Shown here: piece by piece, positions 27,321-35,776 of the stretch
Position numbering within the stretch: the first letter of the stretch is position 1
Layout: the number at the start of each line of letters is the position of its first letter
Source of the DNA: Verrucomicrobiota bacterium
Lineage (GTDB): Bacteria > Verrucomicrobiota > Verrucomicrobiia > Limisphaerales > CANJXF01
Length of the DNA stretch: 37,742 bases
NCBI GenBank assembly: GCA_038214755.1
Contig: JBBQRQ010000048.1
Location: 1 to 37,742, forward strand
Direction: 5' to 3'
Notes under the pieces: generated by a model
The model's input: only the letters and a program-made list of their open reading frames with translations
The model's database searches: none
Told to the model about the DNA's origin: nothing
Position numbers and translations under genes: made by a program

Positions 27321-27701
27321 TCACAGCGGTTCGCGCCCCGAATATCCCGACTCCAGATCGTGCCAATGCTGGATGTCTTCTTCATCTTTTTCCCAGCAGA
27401 GAAAAATTTCGTTTCCATTTCGCAACGCCGGAAAATCGATCAACCCGCGATCAACGTCCTTGATTTGAATTTCCCGGACAACGAATTGCCGCAAGGCCGC
27501 TCGTAAATCCATTTGTAATTTGATGGACTCATTGACCGTCTCGCCGCCGACATCGTTGCCCGAACCGAAACCCGTCAGACGCAAATCCAGTTTGGCCAGT
27601 TGCTCTTTCAACGCCGCAATTTGTCCCAGCCATTGGCGAATGTCGGGCAGCAAAGCCCTGGCTTCCTCGACGGTGTAATGTTTGGCAAAAAGAAAACTCA
27701 C
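27321..27701 (-). CDS. DUF2203 family protein
   Basis: YTVEEARALLP...IKDVDRGLIDFP...IFLCW...WHDLESGYSGR. Confidence 0.88.
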   Translation of the reverse strand: MSFLFAKHYTVEEARALLPDIRQWLGQIAALKEQLAKLDLRLTGFGSGNDVGGETVNESIKLQMDLRAALRQFVVREIQIKDVDRGLIDFPALRNGNEIFLCWEKDEEDIQHWHDLESGYSGREPL

Positions 27702-29572
27702 AAAGAAGGAGATTGGATTTTTTTCTCCACCGTTTCATTCGGCTCGATGGCAATGGATTTTTCCCAGGCGTCCCGCGCTTTGTCGTTTTGTTTCAACGCG
27801 CTGTAAACATCTCCGAGATGATCGTAAACGGATGGGTCCGTCACATCGCTCAACGCGACCGCCTGGAGAATATATTGCAGCGCCCGCTCGTGCTCTTTGA
27901 GTTTGAATAAAACCCAGCCGAGACTATCGAGGTAGGCGGCATTTTTTGGCTCGAGCTTGACCGCCTTTTCAATCAGCGCGCGGGCCTTCTCCAGGTTCTC
28001 GCCGCGGTCGGCCCACATGAACCCCAAATAATTCAAGGCCTCGGGAAAATCCGGCGCAAGCTGCAAACATTTTTCAAAATATTTTTCGGCCTGGACGTAA
28101 TCATGATTTCGCTCGTAAATCGAGCCGAGCTGAAAAAAGAACAAATGATTGAGCGGCGTATCGGTGGTCTTGGCGATAATTTCAGCAGCGGTGAAATGTT
28201 TGAGCGCATCGGCGTAATTTTTTAAACGCGCATAGGCCAGTCCGGTAAAAAATTCCGCAGTGAAACTGTTGGGAAATTTTTCCCGCGCTTTATCCAAATT
28301 TTTCAACGCTTCTCCGGCTTGATCCATGCTGATTTGCGTTGCCGCCAAATCGTAGTAGGCCCGCTCAACGTCCGGATCGAGCAAGATGGCGCGACCAAAA
28401 TATTCAGCAGCTTTCGTGTAATTGGTTTTCTCGTGGGCGAGAGTTCCCAGATAATACCACGCCTCTGGATAACGCGTTGGACTCTCGCGGACGATTGCTT
28501 CCAGTTGTTCGGCCGCCTTGGATTTGTCACTGCTTTTTAAATAGAGGTTAGCCAGTTTTTCGCGGAGCGAATCGCGCATCAGCGGCATGTCGCCGAATTC
28601 GTTTAACAATTCCAGATAAAGTTGCGCCGCTTTTTTTCGGTCATCGAACCGGGCAAAATTATCCGCCAGCTTGAGCCGCACATTGGCATTCGTCGGGTTC
28701 CACGCCGCGGCCCGATTTAAAACTTCGAGTGCTTTTTGTTTGAGATCATCAGCCTCTTTTGGCTGAGCGCGCATCGCTCGTCCAAAAAGCTCGCCGAGGC
28801 TGATCAAGAAAATGGAATCACTGTTCGTTTGGCGGGAGGCGTCATTTAAATATCTCAGCGCGGGTTCGGTTTCGCCTTTTTTCAAAAAAAGTTCGACGAG
28901 GGTCTGATAGCCGGCAATGGAGGCGGGGGATTTTTTGATGGCGGATTCGGCGGCATCGATGGCGAGATTGGTTTTTCCCGTGACGAGATAAAGATGGGAC
29001 AAGGCGGAAAAAATATCGCCCGACGCCTGACGTTGCCGGGCAGCGCTGGTCAAAATCTGGGTCGCTTTGTCGAATTGTTTCGCTCGAGAAAAACGTTGAG
29101 CCGTCTCAATCGCGAGCGGCTCATTGCTCGGATCGGCCAGCACTGCGCGATAGAACTGGTCGGTTGCGAGATCGGATTTGTTGTTCAGTTCATAGCTGAT
29201 GCCACTGGCGAAACGAGCGAAGGCTTCGGAGCGCTGCTCTTGCGCCGCGTCGGACGAAACCTCGTCCGCCACTGCCGACAAATTTTTGGCAGCAATTTTA
29301 CAGGTGGAAACCGCAGAGAGACGAGCGCTCTGGCAGCCGATCACGCACCAGCCGCAGGCGGCGAATAGAATGAACTGCGAGAACTTCTGCCCGAAATCCG
29401 AAATCCGAATCCCCGAAATCCGAAAGAAGGCCGAAATCCGAAATCCGAAAACGACTTCTGACGAGCGGTCAGAAAAGCGTTTTGCCACCAGCAGAGTTCC
29501 GCAGCACTTTCCGCCTTCGGTCTTCGGATTTCTTTCGGGTTTCGGATTTCGGAATTCGGATTTCGCGTTCAT
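27698..29572 (-). CDS. Tetratricopeptide-repeat lipoprotein, with heptamer element in the N-terminus
   Basis: Multiple TPRs; ALNYLGFMWAD and AYLDSLGWV; lipobox-like VIGC after the repeat. Confidence 0.85.
   Translation of the reverse strand: MNAKSEFRNPKPERNPKTEGGKCCGTLLVAKRFSDRSSEVVFGFRISAFFRISGIRISDFGQKFSQFILFAACGWCVIGCQSARLSAVSTCKIAAKNLSAVADEVSSDAAQEQRSEAFARFASGISYELNNKSDLATDQFYRAVLADPSNEPLAIETAQRFSRAKQFDKATQILTSAARQRQASGDIFSALSHLYLVTGKTNLAIDAAESAIKKSPASIAGYQTLVELFLKKGETEPALRYLNDASRQTNSDSIFLISLGELFGRAMRAQPKEADDLKQKALEVLNRAAAWNPTNANVRLKLADNFARFDDRKKAAQLYLELLNEFGDMPLMRDSLREKLANLYLKSSDKSKAAEQLEAIVRESPTRYPEAWYYLGTLAHEKTNYTKAAEYFGRAILLDPDVERAYYDLAATQISMDQAGEALKNLDKAREKFPNSFTAEFFTGLAYARLKNYADALKHFTAAEIIAKTTDTPLNHLFFFQLGSIYERNHDYVQAEKYFEKCLQLAPDFPEALNYLGFMWADRGENLEKARALIEKAVKLEPKNAAYLDSLGWVLFKLKEHERALQYILQAVALSDVTDPSVYDHLGDVYSALKQNDKARDAWEKSIAIEPNETVEKKIQSPSL
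29391..29565. repeat. Inverted AAATCCG heptamer element (empty form)
   Basis: Two opposed arrays with a ~65-bp spacer. Confidence 0.9.
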
Positions 29573-29650
29573 CGCAGCGAGAGTAGAAAAAACGGCGCAG
29601 CCTGATTACCAGGCTGCGCTCGGCCAAATTGTTCCAGCAAACCGCGGAAG

Positions 29651-29752
29651 CTATTTCTGCCAGGTGCGCTTTTTGTGGCGGTTGGCGCGAAGTTTCTTGC
29701 GACGTTTGTGTTTGTTGATTTTGCTTTTGCGGCGTTTTTTTAATGAACCCAT
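29651..29752 (-). CDS. 33-aa basic protein, AURKAIP1/COX24 (bS22-like ribosomal protein) family; not in ORF track
   Basis: [33 protein letters not shown]. Confidence 0.85.
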   Translation of the reverse strand: MGSLKKRRKSKINKHKRRKKLRANRHKKRTWQK

Positions 29753-29767
29753 ATTTTTAACTGCGGT

Positions 29768-30643
29768 TTAATACACAACTTTGTTCAGAGGATATTCAAT
29801 GATCCCTTCCGCGCCAGCTTCTTTTAAGCGCGGAATAATTTCGCGAACGACGTGTTCGTCGATGATCGTTTCCACCGCGATCCAGCCTGATTGGCTCAGA
29901 GTAGAAATCGTCGGATTGCGCAAGGCGGGCAAAGTTTTGAGCAAGTTCGCCAGATTTTTTTCTTCGATGTTCATCTTCAACCCGACTTTCATTTCGGCTT
30001 CCAACGCGCCTTTGAGCAACATGGCCAGCGTCTCGATTTTTTTCCGTTTCCAATCCTCTTTCCACGCGGCGTGATTGACGATCAATCGCGGAGTCGAGGT
30101 CAACAGCGTATCGACGATGCGCAATTTGTTGGCGCGAAGTGAGGCGCCCGTTTCCGTGATTTCGACAATGGCATCGACCAGTTCATGCGCTTTCACTTCG
30201 GTTGCGCCCCAGGAAAATTCCACTTCGGCCTCGACGCCATTTTTCTGCAAATACTTCTTGGTGAGGTTCACCACTTCAGTCGCGATGCGTTTGCCGGCCA
30301 GATCTTTCACCGTTTTGATGGGAGAATCTTCGGGAACGGCCACCACCCAGCGCGCCGGCAAACGAGTGGCCTTGCTGAATAAAAACTCGGCGACTTCGTG
30401 AACGTCGGAATTGTTTTCCTGCACCCAATCGTGTCCGGTGATGCCGCAATCGAGAAAGCCGTGCTCGACGTAGCGGCTGATTTCCTGCGCGCGAATCAAC
30501 CGAATTTCCAACTCGTCGTCATCGACGTAGGGCAGATAGGAGCGGCTGCTGACTTGAATATTGAAACCGGCTTTGCCCATCTTTTCGATGGTCGCGTCCT
30601 GCAAAGTGCCTTTGGGTAATCCGATTCGTAACTTTTTATTCAT
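29768..30643 (-). CDS. hisG: ATP phosphoribosyltransferase, long form
   Basis: [35 protein letters not shown] and the C-terminal regulatory domain (LKEAGAEGI). Confidence 0.96.
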   Translation of the reverse strand: MNKKLRIGLPKGTLQDATIEKMGKAGFNIQVSSRSYLPYVDDDELEIRLIRAQEISRYVEHGFLDCGITGHDWVQENNSDVHEVAEFLFSKATRLPARWVVAVPEDSPIKTVKDLAGKRIATEVVNLTKKYLQKNGVEAEVEFSWGATEVKAHELVDAIVEITETGASLRANKLRIVDTLLTSTPRLIVNHAAWKEDWKRKKIETLAMLLKGALEAEMKVGLKMNIEEKNLANLLKTLPALRNPTISTLSQSGWIAVETIIDEHVVREIIPRLKEAGAEGIIEYPLNKVVY

Positions 30644-30776
30644 CAGCGAACTTTCGGAAATCTTTTTTCGCGCGCGGGCGGGAATATTTTTTTTCGGAAT
30701 CCTTCACGCGAGTCACCGGATTGATTTGCCATTTGCGACGAGGGAACACGACTGTTTTTTTCTTCGCTTTTTTCAT
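30636..30776 (-). CDS. 46-aa basic hypothetical protein (not in ORF track)
   Basis: [46 protein letters not shown]; stop overlaps the hisG start by 8 nt. Confidence 0.65.
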   Translation of the reverse strand: MKKAKKKTVVFPRRKWQINPVTRVKDSEKKYSRPRAKKDFRKFADE

Positions 30777-30901
30777 GGGAGATCAAGCCTTGTCGCGATT
30801 TAACTTTCAGCGCTGTGCATCATTTATGAAAGCCCAAAAAATCCAGGGAAGCTTGACGACAGATCAGAAAGAAATGATGCGGGCGATGGAGCGGGGACTG
30901 C

Positions 30902-31015
30902 GTAGCGCAGATTTCCAATCTGCCGTATCGCGGATTTCCAATCCGCAGACGCTGGAAGGTTTGAAGCACTGCCGGTTGGAAACCGGCGATACAGCAGGTT
31001 GAAAACCTGCGCTAC
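30902..31015. repeat. Four-hairpin REP-like element
   Basis: GTAGCGCAGATTTCCAATCTGC...GCAGGTTGAAAACCTGCGCTAC. Confidence 0.88.
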
Positions 31016-31057
31016 GGCCGGGCAACCCGTTTCGACCCGGCCATTTAAATGCCCCGC

Positions 31058-31276
31058 TTAACACGAATTCCGAAATAGCGGCGGCGAAGCCGCCGGGTAG
31101 CACAGGCGACCCGCCTGTGCCGAGCGGCGACTCGCCGCGCGAAATGACAGAAGCACCCGAACTTTTCTGTCCGTTGGTTTCCAATGCCAGCGTCTCCCCA
31201 TTCCGTCCGGCCAGTGGCCGGACGGCGCGGGCGGGGCGCCCGTGCTACCCATTCCAACTTCGGAGTTAGGGCTTAA
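31058..31276. repeat. Wrapped REP-like doublet
   Basis: Outer TTAACACGAATTCCGAA / TTCGGAGTTAGGGCTTAA. Inner GGGTAGCACAGGCG ... CGCCCGTGCTACCC at 31095-31250. Confidence 0.75.
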
Positions 31277-33108
31277 TCGAGTTCAAATTTTTCTTTGCCG
31301 GAAAGTTTCAGTGCTGCGTCCTGTTGCTCTTTTTCGAGGAAACAATTTTCTACGACGAGCACTTCGATGTCGCTGCCCGTGAAACAGCGGAAAGCATCCT
31401 CGGGTGTACCGACAATCGGTTCGCCGCGCACATTGAAACTGGTGTTCACGATGACGGGACAACCGGTTTTCGCTTTGAGCGCGGAAAGAAGCACGTGATA
31501 GCGCGGATTGGTTTCGCGATGGACGGTTTGAATTCGCGCCGAATAATCCACGTGCGTGACGGCAGGAATCTCGGAGCGAATAACGTTCAGTTTTTCGATG
31601 CCGAAAAGTTTTTCTTCCGCGAAGGTCATCGCGCGCTGACGCTTTTTTGCAACATTCGCGACGAGCAGCATGTATGGACTGTCGTCGTCCAGGTCGAACC
31701 AATCAGCCACGTCCTCCCGGAGAACGGATGGCGCGAACGGGCGAAACGATTCTCGGAATTTCACTCGTAGATTCAGCATCTTCTGCATCGCGGGGGAACG
31801 CGCGTCGCCCAAAATGGAACGTGCGCCTAACGCTCGCGGACCAAATTCCATTCGGCCTTGAAACCATCCGACTGCTTTTCCGTTCACCAAAGCTTGCGCG
31901 GTTTTTTCGATGAGTTCGGATTCGTTCAACACAACGTATTTCGCTCCGACAACTGTGAGGCGCGACTCAACTTCGCTTTGCGAAAACGCCGGGCCGAGAT
32001 AGCTGCCGTTCATCGCGTCGAGTTGTTTTGCAATGACGCGCGGTTGGCGGTGAAAACAATAATGCGCCGCCAACGCCGCGCCGAGCGCGCCACCCGCATC
32101 GCCGGACGCCGGTTGGATCCAGATTTTTTCAAATTTCCCGTCGGAAAGAATTTTGCCGTTCGCCACGCAGTTCAGCGCCACGCCGCCCGCCAGACAGAGA
32201 TTTTTCATTTTTGTTTCAGCAGCAACGGCGCGCGTCAATCGCAGGACAGCTTCCTCGATCACCGCCTGGATCGACGCGGCCAAATCCATGTGATCTTGCG
32301 TGAGCAATTCTTCGGGCGCGCGGACGGGCAGGCCAAAAAGTTTTTCAAATCGCTGGTTGGTCATGCGAAGACCGGCGCAGTAATCGAAATAGTCGAGGTT
32401 CAGTCGAAACGAGCCGTCGGGCTTGAGGTCAATGAGGTGGTCGAGAATACGTTGTTTGAATCGCGGCGTGCCGTAGGGCGCAAGTCCCATCAATTTGTAT
32501 TCGCCGGAATTGACTTTGAATCCAGCGTGGTAGGTAAACGCGGAATAAAGCAGGCCGAGGGAATGTGGAAAATGAATTTCCTTCAACATCTCCAGCGAAT
32601 TTTCCCGACCGAGAGAAAGCGAAGTTGTCGCCCATTCGCCCACTCCGTCCATCGTCAGCACGGCGGCTGCGCGAAAGGGGGACGGAAAAAAAGCGCTCGC
32701 CGCGTGGGCAACGTGATGCTCGGTGAAAAGAAGTCGCTCCGCCCAATCAACATCTTTGTCGAACTCGCGAAATTTTTTTACGAGGAGCTGACGCTGGAAA
32801 AGTTTTTCTTTGATCCAGAGCGGAATCGCCATGGCGAACGAACGGAATCCGCGCGGCGCAACTGCGAGATAAGTTTCGAGGAGCCGCTCAAATTTCAGCA
32901 GCGGCTTGTCGTAAAAAACGACGTGGTCGAGTTCGCGCGCATTGATTTTTCCTTCGGCCAAACAAGAGGCAATGGCGTGACGTGGAAAACGCGCGTCATG
33001 TTTTTTTCGCGAAAAACGCTCCTCCTGCGCCGCCGCTACGATTTTTCCATCCACCACGAGCGCCGCCGCGCTGTCGTGATAAAAAGCTGAGAGGCCGAGG
33101 ACGCGCAT
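31273..33108 (-). CDS. Carbamoyltransferase (CmcH/NodU family)
   Basis: HDSAAAL, EERFSR, HHVAHAASAF, DGVGE, GEYKLMGLA, EFGPRALGARS and NTSFNVRGEP motifs. Confidence 0.95.
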   Translation of the reverse strand: MRVLGLSAFYHDSAAALVVDGKIVAAAQEERFSRKKHDARFPRHAIASCLAEGKINARELDHVVFYDKPLLKFERLLETYLAVAPRGFRSFAMAIPLWIKEKLFQRQLLVKKFREFDKDVDWAERLLFTEHHVAHAASAFFPSPFRAAAVLTMDGVGEWATTSLSLGRENSLEMLKEIHFPHSLGLLYSAFTYHAGFKVNSGEYKLMGLAPYGTPRFKQRILDHLIDLKPDGSFRLNLDYFDYCAGLRMTNQRFEKLFGLPVRAPEELLTQDHMDLAASIQAVIEEAVLRLTRAVAAETKMKNLCLAGGVALNCVANGKILSDGKFEKIWIQPASGDAGGALGAALAAHYCFHRQPRVIAKQLDAMNGSYLGPAFSQSEVESRLTVVGAKYVVLNESELIEKTAQALVNGKAVGWFQGRMEFGPRALGARSILGDARSPAMQKMLNLRVKFRESFRPFAPSVLREDVADWFDLDDDSPYMLLVANVAKKRQRAMTFAEEKLFGIEKLNVIRSEIPAVTHVDYSARIQTVHRETNPRYHVLLSALKAKTGCPVIVNTSFNVRGEPIVGTPEDAFRCFTGSDIEVLVVENCFLEKEQQDAALKLSGKEKFELD

Positions 33109-33114
33109 CGCTTC

Positions 33115-33264
33115 TCAAAAAAGCGTGTAGATGAACGGCGCGATGGCGCTGCCTTGCGTGAGGACAATAATCAGCCCGAACACCAGCAGCAAAACGATGA
33201 TGGGCAGCAGCCAGAATTTTTTTCGCTGCCGCATGTAAAGCCAAAGTTCCTGGAGGAAAGACAT
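33115..33264 (-). CDS. 49-aa SxtK-like/DUF5989 membrane protein (not in ORF track)
   Basis: MSFLQELWLYMRQRKKFWLLPII...GSAIAPFIYTLF. Confidence 0.88.
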   Translation of the reverse strand: MSFLQELWLYMRQRKKFWLLPIIVLLLVFGLIIVLTQGSAIAPFIYTLF

Positions 33265-33267
33265 AAC

Positions 33268-33702
33268 TCAGAACAAATGTTTCATTGACTCCGGCGTTGG
33301 TCCCGGGGGAGTGCGTGTGATCCAATATGTTTCCGCACCCGCGTCCCATTTGCGGCGCAGACTGTCGCCTTTGCAGAGTCGCATCAAACAGCCGAGCGGA
33401 GTGATGACGAGAAAGAAAAGCAGCGCCATGATGAGCGGTTGAGTGATGCGATGAAGCAGCAAACCAAAACGCGTCCAAAGTTTATTTGGCAGAGCGAGGA
33501 GTTGCGGCGCGAAGATGGCGCAGAGGAAAAACGCCCCCGCGACCAGCAACGGCCAGAGACGAATCGCGCCGCGTTTCGTGAGTGGCGCGAGAGCGACGAG
33601 GAGAAAAAAAACCGTGAAAACAAAACCAAACGACCGAGGTGATGACGGTGCGTTGGTTTCTTCGCAGAGAATCGGTTGGCCGCGCTCTACCGGTGATTTC
33701 AT
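33268..33702 (-). CDS. SxtJ-family membrane protein
   Basis: RSFGFVF...PNKLWTRFG...ITPLG...TYWITR...MKHLF. Confidence 0.85.
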   Translation of the reverse strand: MKSPVERGQPILCEETNAPSSPRSFGFVFTVFFLLVALAPLTKRGAIRLWPLLVAGAFFLCAIFAPQLLALPNKLWTRFGLLLHRITQPLIMALLFFLVITPLGCLMRLCKGDSLRRKWDAGAETYWITRTPPGPTPESMKHLF

Positions 33703-34013
33703 CGGCGAAAGTATCTGCTTTCACGCGAATGATGACAAGGTGGTTTTGTGCGGGTAGCAAGACTACTCAGAATTTGTTTCTCCTCCTGTTCGATGCAACA
33801 TCGGGATATCCACGCCGCGTTCTCGGACGAGAAAAAGTTGTTGGCGAAACTGCCTTGCCACTTGTTTGAGCGCGATTTTTTTCATGACGATGCAGCGCGA
33901 TCTGCCCACCGCAATTCTGTGGTGCGATCTCGACGCGACTCTCCCACAAAATTAAGAATTTTCATCGCGCCAATCTCATTTGGAAATAGGCAGGTTAACC
34001 TGAGTCGCAGAGT

Positions 34014-34601
34014 TTATTGACCCGCGGTGGCGCGCTGATGGATCACAGGTTTGATCATTTTCGCCATCAAGATACCGGCCAGCAGCCAGCCGATGAGTTG
34101 ATCAATCGCGTCCAGCGCAATGAAGCTGAAGGGGTAGCCATACCAGTTCCACTGCGAGACGCTGATCGCCAGCCAACCGAACAATCCAATCAACATCACC
34201 ATCGTCGCGCGGATCATGAGCGAGCCGACCGTCGCCGATAGGATGAATGCGGCGATCAATCCGCAGACCACCGTGGAAAGAAACTCGATGACCAGTAGCT
34301 TTGGCGCCATTGGTTGGCCACCGTTGGGATGGTAGAGGAGCAGCCCTGCTGGACCGGCTTGGTATTTCGCGGTCCATGTGTCCATTTGTTCCTGGGTCAT
34401 CTTCCTGGTCATGTCCATGCCGGGAAAAAAATAAAGTCCCGGCTCCGGAAGGTTACTCTTGAGCGCGGCCATTACTGCGCCTTCGTGTTCGTTCATCGTG
34501 CTCAGGCCGAGATGGTGGGTAAACGGAAGCATGTGGACAATGGCGCTCCAGATGAATGCGATGACTCCTCCGAGAATTCCTGCCAACAATGTTTTTTTCA
34601 T
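34014..34601 (-). CDS. Hypothetical multi-pass membrane protein
   Basis: About 4 TM segments; PGLYFFP motif; start chosen at MKKTLL. Confidence 0.7.
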   Translation of the reverse strand: MKKTLLAGILGGVIAFIWSAIVHMLPFTHHLGLSTMNEHEGAVMAALKSNLPEPGLYFFPGMDMTRKMTQEQMDTWTAKYQAGPAGLLLYHPNGGQPMAPKLLVIEFLSTVVCGLIAAFILSATVGSLMIRATMVMLIGLFGWLAISVSQWNWYGYPFSFIALDAIDQLIGWLLAGILMAKMIKPVIHQRATAGQ

Positions 34602-34655
34602 AGGGGTGTTTTTGGTTGATGCGCCGTCAAGGTGGTTGAGCAAGCGGTCAATGAA

Positions 34656-35138
34656 TTACTTTTTCTTTTTGGCCGCTTTTTTCGAGGTAGCGCCCAGGAC
34701 TTCTTCAATTCGCCGTATGTATTCCTTCACCGGCACTCGGGCGATCACCTGGCCGATGACCTCGAGCGAAACATCCTCCAGCTTCTTGAAGCGCACGCAG
34801 CTTTTGCCCATGTCGAGCTTCTTCCCGGCGACCTGCCAGGCTTTGCGAAACCATTGCTCGGTGGCTTTGTCGAGATAGACGCACATCAGATAAAGCGCCA
34901 TATGATTTTTCTGCGAGCCGAGATTGGCATACGGTAATGGAAGTTTCGGATCACAGTGGTAGCCGGCGGGATAGATAGTGTGCGGCACCACATACCCAAT
35001 CATTCCATAACTCATGCACTCCTCGTAACCCGTCGGGAGATTGGCGAGAATGACCTCGCGCACGGCGCTGATCGCTTTGCGCCGGTCCTCGGGCAGGCTT
35101 TGCAGATAATCACTGACGGTTTTTGCGTCGCTCCTCAT
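34656..35138 (-). CDS. DUF1801 domain protein
   Basis: TVSDYLQSLPEDRR...YGMIGYVVP...QKNHMALY...DMGKSCVRFK. Confidence 0.88.
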   Translation of the reverse strand: MRSDAKTVSDYLQSLPEDRRKAISAVREVILANLPTGYEECMSYGMIGYVVPHTIYPAGYHCDPKLPLPYANLGSQKNHMALYLMCVYLDKATEQWFRKAWQVAGKKLDMGKSCVRFKKLEDVSLEVIGQVIARVPVKEYIRRIEEVLGATSKKAAKKKK

Positions 35139-35160
35139 ATCGTGTTCCTGGGGTTGGAGG

Positions 35161-35775
35161 TTAACAATTCATGTACTTCCAGTTCCTCGGTTTCCCTTCG
35201 GCAAGCCATGAGAGGGTCGTGGCAAGACGCTTCGCCCGCGTTTCCTCGCGTTTGGCTTCACCGAGCCATTCGACATATTCCCGTCTGTGGCTTGTGGTGA
35301 AGTTTTCGAAAGTTTTCAACGCGCGCGGGTTCTTTTTCAGAGCAGTTCGGAAATAATCCGGCACGATCAGATTCTTTTTTTTAAGTGGCTTGGGAGTTCG
35401 CGGCACACGGATGCCTTGCTCGTTTAAACGAACCGCTTGTTTGACATAATTGCTCAAGACATCGTCCGAGGGGAGGTCGGATATTGCAGTGATCCGACCA
35501 AGCTGGCCCATGGCTTCGTTCAATTTATTATCCGTAGTGGAGTCGTGGTCGATGATGAGCGCATGTTTCCAAAATCCGAAGGTGCAATGCGCCTTGAACG
35601 CCGCCATACTGCACAACATGCCTTTGAACATGAACGTCGGGAATTGCCACTTGATGGTCTCCTCCACCTCGGGACAGGCGGAGTGCATGAGTTTGCGAAG
35701 GTGCTTGAGGATCGGCTTGGCAAACCCAGCCGAACTCGCGATGTAGGCATCCACCCTGAGGTCCTTCCGGGCCAT
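35161..35775 (-). CDS. YdeI/OmpD-associated family protein (DUF1801 N-terminus)
   Basis: VDAYI...EETIKW and FENFTTSHRREYVEWLGEAKREETRAKR. Confidence 0.88.
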   Translation of the reverse strand: MARKDLRVDAYIASSAGFAKPILKHLRKLMHSACPEVEETIKWQFPTFMFKGMLCSMAAFKAHCTFGFWKHALIIDHDSTTDNKLNEAMGQLGRITAISDLPSDDVLSNYVKQAVRLNEQGIRVPRTPKPLKKKNLIVPDYFRTALKKNPRALKTFENFTTSHRREYVEWLGEAKREETRAKRLATTLSWLAEGKPRNWKYMNC

Positions 35776-35776
35776 A

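Noticed and set aside
18185..29565. AAATCCG clusters or REP units as a CRISPR array
   Set aside because: No constant-length repeat with unique spacers in tandem, and no cas genes.
31858..33090. Long antisense ORFs (also 19278-20210, 22127-22861)
   Set aside because: They are shadow frames opposite well-supported genes in GC-rich DNA.
31273..33702. Saxitoxin biosynthesis
   Set aside because: Only the widespread I/J/K-like trio is present; no sxtA, sxtG or other pathway genes.
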